DNA of 32,610 nucleotides from Macrostomum lignano (Eukaryota), in NCBI GenBank assembly GCA_002269645.1, contig NIVC01004875.1:1-32610 (forward strand). The letters run 5' to 3'. Below the pieces are notes generated by a model. The model was not told the origin of the DNA and did not search any database. It saw nothing but the letters and a program-made list of their open reading frames with translations. Within the stretch, counting starts at the first letter, position 1; each line of letters opens with the position of its first letter. Shown here piece after piece: positions 10,091 to 17,605 of the stretch. The position numbers and the translations under genes are program-made.

Positions 10091-11338
10091 TTGATGGAAG
10101 TAAAAAAGTAATGATAATTTTGCTCCTGCACAAGGCAGAAAATAAATATTGAACCCAGACATTTTCCACTTGGATAAGCATCTTTTGTTTCTTATTGTAA
10201 TGCTTTTTTGCACTTTCTGGATATATAGTTCAACCATGGGTGAAGTACAAATGTAGTACCCATTTTCAACAATGGGAAATTTCAAACTTGAAATGCATTC
10301 TAATGTGAAGTTTTTAATGTAGTTGCATTGGAAGCTAGCTGCTATCCTTGAGGCTTTACAGAAGGTCTTCAGGGATGCTGCCCACTTAATCCTATTGTTT
10401 AATAGTGGATCCAAGAGTTTAAGGTCTGTCGGAAGGCCATTGAAGATGCTGACTGCAATGGACGACTGAGCATAGTGCACATAAAAGAGATAGTTATTGC
10501 TGTGCATCAAAAAGTTGAGCAAGACTGGCATATGACCATTGAGGCTATTATTGAGGAACTGGGCATCTCACATGGCAGTGTTCATTTGATCTTGATAGAC
10601 AATTTGGGCTTCAACAAGCTAAATGCCCATTGGGTTTTATTGGCATTGCACCCGGAGCATAAGGCCCAATGTAGCAAGTGCAAAGCAAACTTGCTCAACT
10701 GCCTTGACATTGATGCTGACAATTTTTCAAATGGTTGGTAACTGGTGATAAGACTTGGATCTACTAGTACAATCCAAAGTCTAAAATCCAATCAGAAGAG
10801 TGGCTGCCTGAAGGATCTACTAGGCCAAATAAGTTGCAAGCCAACCGCTTTGTGGCCAAGGTCATGGCAACCATTTTCTGGGATGCAGAGGGAGTTATCT
10901 TACTAGTCTTCCTAGAGTTGTAGCGCATGATTATTAGGGCCTTCTATAAAGATGCGCTGCAAGTGACCTGGCAAGCTCTACTGGCATATCCTCTTCCACC
11001 ACAACAATGCCTTGGCACATACTTTACAGCTCTGATAAGGCATTTTGCATAATTTTGCTGGAAAATTCCCTCCTAACCTCCCTATAGCCCTGATCTTACT
11101 CTATTAGATTTCTTCCTATTTCCAAAGTTGCAGGAAACAGAATGCAAGAATATGACATTTAGGCCTAGGCAAAGAGGAGGTAAAGACAGAAGCTCAGTAG
11201 TGGCTTAGGGCTAGAGTGATGGCGCTATCATATAGAAAAGTGCCTAGAGCTGGATGGAGATTTTGTAGAGAAAAAAGCCTTGACTTGACATGACTTTCTG
11301 TCCTTTGAAAAATATCATTACTTTTTGACTTCCCCTCG
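10091..11338 (+). mobile_element. Decayed full-length mariner (Tc1/mariner) transposon
   Basis: Transposase remnants: MTIEAIIEELGISHGSVHLILIDNLGFNKLNAHWV (HTH and WVP region), TGDKTWIY, VAKVMATIFWDAEGVI and PYSPDLTLLDFFLFPKL, with several stops and frameshifts. Imperfect TIRs (GGAAGTAAAAAAGTAATGATA left; TATCATTACTTTTTGACTTCCCCTCG right) are flanked by TA at 10089-10090 and 11339-11340. Confidence 0.9.
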
Positions 11339-12162
11339 TATAATATACTAGTATCTTCTTAATGAGCCTGTCTTAAGCTGCTATCTGACATTGACAAGGA
11401 TGCTGCTTGAAAAAACAATCAACTCAACTATTTTATTATATATAAAAAACTAATAAAATATTTCAATATATAATTAACAATAAAGCCATGGTATAAATAG
11501 TGCATTGCCATTAGATTTAGGATACAAAATTTTAACAAGTTTTTTACCAGGTCTATTTGACCAATTTTTAAAAGTAGGGCCTAAAGTGTCTTTTTACTTA
11601 GTCTAACTGTAGGTGTAAGGTAGGCAAAAATATTTATTAGGCCTACATGAAAGATGAAAAAGAAAAAGACTTTCAAAATTCCACTGGTTTCTCAGCAATA
11701 GTATGAGGCCTAGAAAATAAAAAAATTACAATAAAACTTAATTCTTATTCTTTTAATTAAGTAAAAGCATCGACTGAAAACAATACATGTCATACTTATA
11801 ATTTGACATTTCTACTGTTAAATTTAATATTAGCATTTTTTAGTATATTGAAAGTAGTAAAAATTATGAATTAACCTAGGCTACATGATTATCGAAAAAC
11901 GGATCGCAGCTAAAATAAGCTAGAGTAGAGTAGACTTAACTTGTCAGATTGCTGCGGTTAAAAAATTGTGCCTGCGCTGTAGCGGTAGGCTAGTAGGCTA
12001 GTACTTGCTCAAGGCCACGTGGGTCAGTAAGGAATTTTAAGCTCTTGAAATAGATACCAATAAGTTTTAAAAAAAACAAGAAATAATTTTATAGCAAAAT
12101 GAATTTATTAAAATATATTCTTTTAAGAGTTCATGTTTGACTGATTGTTTTAATGAGTACAG

Positions 12163-12706
12163 TGTGACGTTGGTGGTTATTTTATTCTCCCAGTTCGTCG
12201 ATTAATATCTACTAAAAAGTATTTAATATGTACTTTATTTATATCAATTGGTTTCACTTTTATGTTTATTGAAAATAGTAAGCAATGCTTTGTTTTACTG
12301 CATTAAATAGTTATATTTAACATTTTGAATTCTGTGGCTTCGGAGAAGACTGAGCGTGGTGTGCGGCTGCTGTTCCTATCGCCAGTCATTTGATTTTAGT
12401 AAACACTGATTGATTTTAGTAAACACTGATTGATTTTAGTAAACACTGAAAAAAACAGTAGTTCAAGATCGCTCTCAATTTAGTAGTGTGACCCACTAAG
12501 GTCATCTTCGAAGCCATTCCATTGACACTGCAATTGTTCGTTACCAGTTAGCATCAGCAATAACCACTACATGTGTAACCTGCAAATATACATAATCCGT
12601 AATCGAATTATCGGCGCCGTCAGTTATCGTCACCACTAACTGTGTGTTTACTCACTACTTTAATAGCAGCCCGTCAGCACGCGAACTCGGACCAGATATC
12701 GTCACA
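12163..12706 (+). repeat. 5' LTR
   Basis: Runs TGTGACG...CGTCACA (7-bp terminal inverted repeat). I found no differences from 20334-20877 by eye. It contains three tandem 20-nt units TGATTTTAGTAAACACTGAT (12391-12449). Confidence 0.98.
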
Positions 12707-12713
12707 TAATTTT

Positions 12714-12731
12714 TGGAGGTCCCACCGAGAC
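12714..12731 (+). promoter_or_regulatory. Primer-binding site complementary to the tRNA-Gln 3' end
   Basis: TGGAGGTCCCACCGAGAC is the reverse complement of ...GTCTCGGTGGGACCTCCA, matching the eukaryotic tRNA-Gln 3' end as I recall it. It begins 7 nt after the LTR. Confidence 0.85.
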
Positions 12732-13477
12732 GGGCTGCTACTTACCGTTCGGTTTGAACACCAAACAAGTCAACAACAAGCCCGGGCTATCCAGGCGGCA
12801 GCCAAGAAGTGAATATTGGAATTGTCATAAAATTCTTATCGTGAGTCATAACCCTAGCCCAGCCAGCCAGCGTGTACAATTGCAACACAAGCCCAACCAA
12901 GCTGTACATTGCTTATCGCATTCTGTGGCTAATTGGCTACTCCGAGCGCCGCAAATAATTGTGCCCAACGGAATCAGTGCAATCTTAGTCAGCCTACACT
13001 GTCCTTTAACGCGAGTGGATCCAGTGCAAGCGCAGCCAACCCACCCCAAGGACAATTAATCTACGCGGCCTGCACTCTGCCTAGCTCAACAGTAATTGGC
13101 CACAGCTGCCAGCCTCGGCCTACACCAGTCCCAATTGACCCTTGGCGCGTCAACAGAGCTGCTTCTGCGTGTTAGCAACAGCTTGGAACGAACTGCTGGT
13201 TACGTCTAACTGGCCGGACAACTGCGACTACACACCAGCGGTCAGCCAATCTGTGTGCGTGTGGTGAGTCTGTTTGCCTGTTTAAAAATAGGAGGTAGTC
13301 CCAGGTTGACGGGTTTAGATAGCGTTTGTGTCTGTGTCAGGGTTAGATTAGATCCCGCCAACTGCTGTCTGGGTTGCTTTCCCCTTTGCTTCTTTTCCTG
13401 CTTGCACCTGTTCGGTTGGTCGTCCCGATCATTGCTGGTGCAAAAAACTCGGCTTGGCGAGGTGATTAGGCTCTGGA

Positions 13478-16400
13478 ATGTCTAATAACGAGGATGGAGT
13501 GGTAGCCAATGTGGCTGGTCTTGAAGAAGGTGGCTCTGTTAATAATGATGCTGGTGGAGCAAATGCTCAAGAATCTGAAAATGGAGCATCAGCTGCTGGT
13601 GGAGCTAATGCTCATGAATCTGAAAATGGAGCATCAGCTGCTGTTGGTTCGGCTGAAGCAGCGTTGCTCCCCGCTACTATGCAGAATTTCTTAGAAAGCT
13701 TCTCCCAGGTATTGGCCAATAGCTTAAATCGTGCATCAAATCCAACGGCACCATCGACCTCACCAAGAGCGTCTGAGGGCAGTGGTAATGTCCGCCTCCG
13801 ACCCCCACAACCCTACATGCCGAAAATGAGATTCGACTTGTGGCAAACGCAATTTCGCACTTACGTGGAGGCGCACAAAATTCCCAAGGAGCAGCAGTCA
13901 GCCATTTTGCTGTCCCTTTTATCGCCTGAATGCCAGGAGTATTGCTTTCACAACCAGTTGCATAAGCAAGATGCTGAGGTCGCACTAAAAGCATTGGACC
14001 TGCGCTACACGGATGTTTCGGAGAAGGACAAAAGTTATCTGGAACTAGCAAGTGCTCAGCAACATGTTGCTGAAGATGTCCAAGAATACTTTGATCGACT
14101 AATAAGACTTTCACATGCTGCTAACTTGTCTCTCAAAGAGTCTGAGCCACTGGTCCGGGCCCGGTTCTGCCATGGGCTGCTAGATAGAAGCTTGGCCGAA
14201 AAGCTGCTGCTGGCCAGTCGGGAAGATCCTTCGCTATCCTCTGTTGACCTGGCCAAGAAGGCCAGGGAGATTACAGGTGTCCGACAGCTCTTGAACCCTG
14301 GGCAGTCGGCGCTGGCTAAAGTCCGTTCTGTGGGTCCAGACAAGACTGCGGAGCTTGAAGCAAGGGTTAAAGAACTGGAAAAACTACTGGTGGAGCAGTC
14401 TAACCAAACATCAGTCAGGGCGTTTCAAAATGAAGTGCCAGTGGTTAGCGGGGTAGGCAATCCAAAGCAGACTCGAGTTGCACAATCAGCGCCGCCCCAT
14501 CAATTGGCATATGGCAAGGGAGCTCAGTTTAGCAGCCGACCGCCTAGAGCATGCTATCGATGCGGGTTAACAGATCATCTGGTCGCAGATTGCCCTCATC
14601 CACCACCGCTAAATCACAGGGGTCGCTCTGGAAGAGAGCCAGGGAAGCAAAGAGCTGAACTAGTGGAGACCGGGGTCATCACCCAGTGGTTTCAGTCACA
14701 TGGGTTCATTCGGTCAGCGCTGATGGGAGACAATCTTTTTGTGCATGTCTCGCAGCTTGATCAAGAGCTTCGGGGCAGAGCGGCACCCCATCAAATTGTT
14801 GGTCTCCGGGTCAGGTTTCGTCGGGTGGCCGACAGTGCAAAACCTAGTGATCGGGCCTTAGACGTCTGCGAGTTGGCTTCGCCCCCTAATTGTGAGCAGT
14901 CCGCTGCGCAAGACACGGAGTTCCAGACCGATTCGAGTTATTTCGTGCAACTGGATGTCGGTGAGAGTCGAATCATTGCCTGCCTAGACTCTGGTGCCAA
15001 CGCTAGTGTCATGGGAGTCCGAGTAAAGGATCAGCTAGTCGAGGCTGATCCCATTAACAACGTCTTCAAGCCGTCCATACAGCGACGCGCAGCTACCGCT
15101 TTCAATGGTACGTCAACTGAAATCTTAGGCACTTTGCGTTGCGAGGTTTCATTGGGAAAGCTGACCAGGACACAAGTCTTTTTAGTCATGGAAACAAGAC
15201 TGTCTGATGTCTTGCTCGGTCTCGACTTTCTCAAGAGCTTCAGGGTCAACCTCTTAATTGCCGATGGTAAAGCTACAGTGGATGGAGAGGCCATTCCGAT
15301 CATTGAGGGTGACAGTAGTCTCTACCGCGTCAGGCGGGTGACATCAGCGTGTGACCTAGAAATGGCCCCCCGATCGGAAGCTATTGTCCCAAGTCGTGTC
15401 GCTGAAGCGGTCCCAGGGGCTCAAGGAGTCCTTGGACCGCGCCTTTTCCGTGGAGATGGGGAATGTCTGGTGGCCAGGTCCCTAGACAGTGTTAGTACAG
15501 GCCGCCATGTCCTGGTCCGTTTGCTTAACAGTGAAGATCAGACAATATCAATAAAAAGGGGGCAAGAAGTGGCCTCTTTTCAGGATGTAGGCGCTGATGA
15601 GGTTGTCACTCACACTCGGCTACATGAGCGTGATTTTTCGATCAATAACGCTGAAAGGTTGGGAAAACAGTTAGAAAAATTGCCTTACCCGGATAAAGCT
15701 ACTGCAGAGTGGCTCAAAGGGGAGTTTCGCCTGGGAAAATCAAATCTGACAACCCAACAACTGACAACAACTATAAAGTTGCTAAATTTCTTCCATAATC
15801 AAATTTCAAAGTCCGACACCGATCTAGGAAAGACGTCGCTGACAGAGATGTCAATTGAGCTAAAAGACCAGACCTGTCGACCGGTATTTCAGCCCTCTCG
15901 GAGGACCACACCGGCACAGAAGGAGTTCCTGGACAAGCACATCTCCAAGTTGCTGGATTGTGGCGTAATAGAAGAATGTGACTCCGAGTGGTCGTCCCCA
16001 ATCGTGTTGGTGCGGAAAAAAGATGGGAGTCAAAGGCTTTGCGTTGATTATCGACAGACCAATAAAGTGATCAAACCTTGTAGCTTCCCGCTACCACTGG
16101 TTGACGAGTCGTTTGACAGCTTGTCGGGGGCACAGGTCTTTTCCAGTCTTGACCTAACATCCGCCTACTGGCAAGTCGGGATCCGTGAGCAAGACAGGGA
16201 CCTCACTGCTTTTTCTTGCCCACAAGGCACCTTCAGGTGGAAGGTCGTCCCGTTCGGCATCAAGACCGCCCCGGCAACTTTTGCGCGGTTGATGCACCGG
16301 GTCTTCCAACCCCTGCTGCTTAAGGTCAGCTTGATTTACTTGGATGACGTCATTGTGAAAGCAAGGGATAATGATCAGATGATTGTTAATTTAGCGCTAG

Positions 16401-17605
16401 TGCTGTGGAGGTTGCAAAAAGCAAATTTAAAAATCAAACCTAGTAAGTGTGAACTGTTTAAGGACAAAGTGCGGTTCCTCGGGTTCGTGGTATCCGGACA
16501 AGGCATAGAAGCTGACCCAGAGAAAACCGATGCCGTTCGCGATTGGCCAACTCCGAGTAATCAGAAGCAGCTCTTGTCGTTCTTAGGCTTCTGTAATTAT
16601 TACAGAAAATTTGTTCCCAGGTTCTCAGTGATAGCCGCACCGCTGTACAGCCTGGCAAGGGGGGCGGAGAAGTTTGCCTGGCAAGAAAAGCACCAAAAAG
16701 CATTCACTGAGCTGAAGTCAAGCCTCTGCTCACCTCCGGTCCTAGCCTACCCGGACTTTTCACCGAATGCCGGGTCATTTATCTTGGACTGCGACAGCTC
16801 CCTCGAGGGGGTTGGCGCTGTCTTGTCGCAACAAGGTGCTGATGGTCAGGAAAATGTGATCAGCTACGCTTCAAAAAAATTTACCGCCGCGCAGCGAAAT
16901 TATTGTGCCACGATGAGAGAGCTCTTGGGCGTGGTGATCATGCTCGAGAACTTCAGAGTCTATTTGCTTGATCATCCCTTCATCGTGCGCACTGACGCGG
17001 CAGCGTTGAAGTGGTTGCACGCCAAGAGACATGCCACAGGCATGCTGGCCCAATGGTTGGCCACGATCGAAGCCTATGATTTCAAAATCGATCAAACACC
17101 TCTTGAGCGCCTGGGGGAATACGACTTTGAGGTCAAACACAGGGCTGGACAAGAACATTCAAATGCCGATTTTCTAAGCCGGAACCCAAAGTTCCGGGCG
17201 GATCATTACGACTGCCCAACATGCAGCCACATACCGGAGTTTAAGGAAAAATTCATTGGAAACGCCAAAAGTGCGTCTGTAGTCGTACGGGCGGCCAGAG
17301 GGAAAAAGATTCAGACACGCACTGTTGCTATCCAGACGGAGAGCAATGAGAACTGCGATTTGACGCCCGACCACAAGGAGGCTGAGGCTCAGACCCCACA
17401 GCAGCTGGAAGCGCTCTCTGGGAATACTGATCAAAAGCAAACGGAAACTGAACTGCCAACGCCTGCTGAAACGCCGGCAATCCGAGCAGTGGGGCACCTA
17501 TTAGATCAGAGGCTGGAAGCAACTCCGAGTCTGATGAAGAGTGGTCAGATCAGCAAGAAGAAAACTGGGCTAGGCAAGCTCAGGAGTCCTCAATTGACAT
17601 CATGA
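13478..17605 (+). CDS. Gypsy Gag-Pol polyprotein ORF1: capsid-like Gag, CCHC knuckle, cold-shock domain, aspartic protease, RT, RNase H
   Basis: CYRCGLTDHLVADC (14552-14593), CSD-like segment (14663-14869), LDSGA (Asp at 14987), WSSPIVLVRKKDGSQRLCVDYR, DLTSAYWQ, YLDD (16337), RNase H DCDSS / RELLGV / RTDAAAL and HSNADFLSR. No gag/pol frameshift. Confidence 0.97.
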   Translation: MSNNEDGVVANVAGLEEGGSVNNDAGGANAQESENGASAAGGANAHESENGASAAVGSAEAALLPATMQNFLESFSQVLANSLNRASNPTAPSTSPRASEGSGNVRLRPPQPYMPKMRFDLWQTQFRTYVEAHKIPKEQQSAILLSLLSPECQEYCFHNQLHKQDAEVALKALDLRYTDVSEKDKSYLELASAQQHVAEDVQEYFDRLIRLSHAANLSLKESEPLVRARFCHGLLDRSLAEKLLLASREDPSLSSVDLAKKAREITGVRQLLNPGQSALAKVRSVGPDKTAELEARVKELEKLLVEQSNQTSVRAFQNEVPVVSGVGNPKQTRVAQSAPPHQLAYGKGAQFSSRPPRACYRCGLTDHLVADCPHPPPLNHRGRSGREPGKQRAELVETGVITQWFQSHGFIRSALMGDNLFVHVSQLDQELRGRAAPHQIVGLRVRFRRVADSAKPSDRALDVCELASPPNCEQSAAQDTEFQTDSSYFVQLDVGESRIIACLDSGANASVMGVRVKDQLVEADPINNVFKPSIQRRAATAFNGTSTEILGTLRCEVSLGKLTRTQVFLVMETRLSDVLLGLDFLKSFRVNLLIADGKATVDGEAIPIIEGDSSLYRVRRVTSACDLEMAPRSEAIVPSRVAEAVPGAQGVLGPRLFRGDGECLVARSLDSVSTGRHVLVRLLNSEDQTISIKRGQEVASFQDVGADEVVTHTRLHERDFSINNAERLGKQLEKLPYPDKATAEWLKGEFRLGKSNLTTQQLTTTIKLLNFFHNQISKSDTDLGKTSLTEMSIELKDQTCRPVFQPSRRTTPAQKEFLDKHISKLLDCGVIEECDSEWSSPIVLVRKKDGSQRLCVDYRQTNKVIKPCSFPLPLVDESFDSLSGAQVFSSLDLTSAYWQVGIREQDRDLTAFSCPQGTFRWKVVPFGIKTAPATFARLMHRVFQPLLLKVSLIYLDDVIVKARDNDQMIVNLALVLWRLQKANLKIKPSKCELFKDKVRFLGFVVSGQGIEADPEKTDAVRDWPTPSNQKQLLSFLGFCNYYRKFVPRFSVIAAPLYSLARGAEKFAWQEKHQKAFTELKSSLCSPPVLAYPDFSPNAGSFILDCDSSLEGVGAVLSQQGADGQENVISYASKKFTAAQRNYCATMRELLGVVIMLENFRVYLLDHPFIVRTDAAALKWLHAKRHATGMLAQWLATIEAYDFKIDQTPLERLGEYDFEVKHRAGQEHSNADFLSRNPKFRADHYDCPTCSHIPEFKEKFIGNAKSASVVVRAARGKKIQTRTVAIQTESNENCDLTPDHKEAEAQTPQQLEALSGNTDQKQTETELPTPAETPAIRAVGHLLDQRLEATPSLMKSGQISKKKTGLGKLRSPQLTS

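Noticed and set aside
12391-12449. Three 20-nt repeats in each LTR, and the 29-nt and 65-nt arrays, as CRISPR-like
   Set aside because: They are head-to-tail repeats without unique spacers, with no cas genes, in a eukaryotic context.
13550-13640. 45-nt tandem duplication (AGGANAQESENGASA x2) at the Gag N-terminus
   Set aside because: Ordinary slippage in a disordered region; no functional signal.
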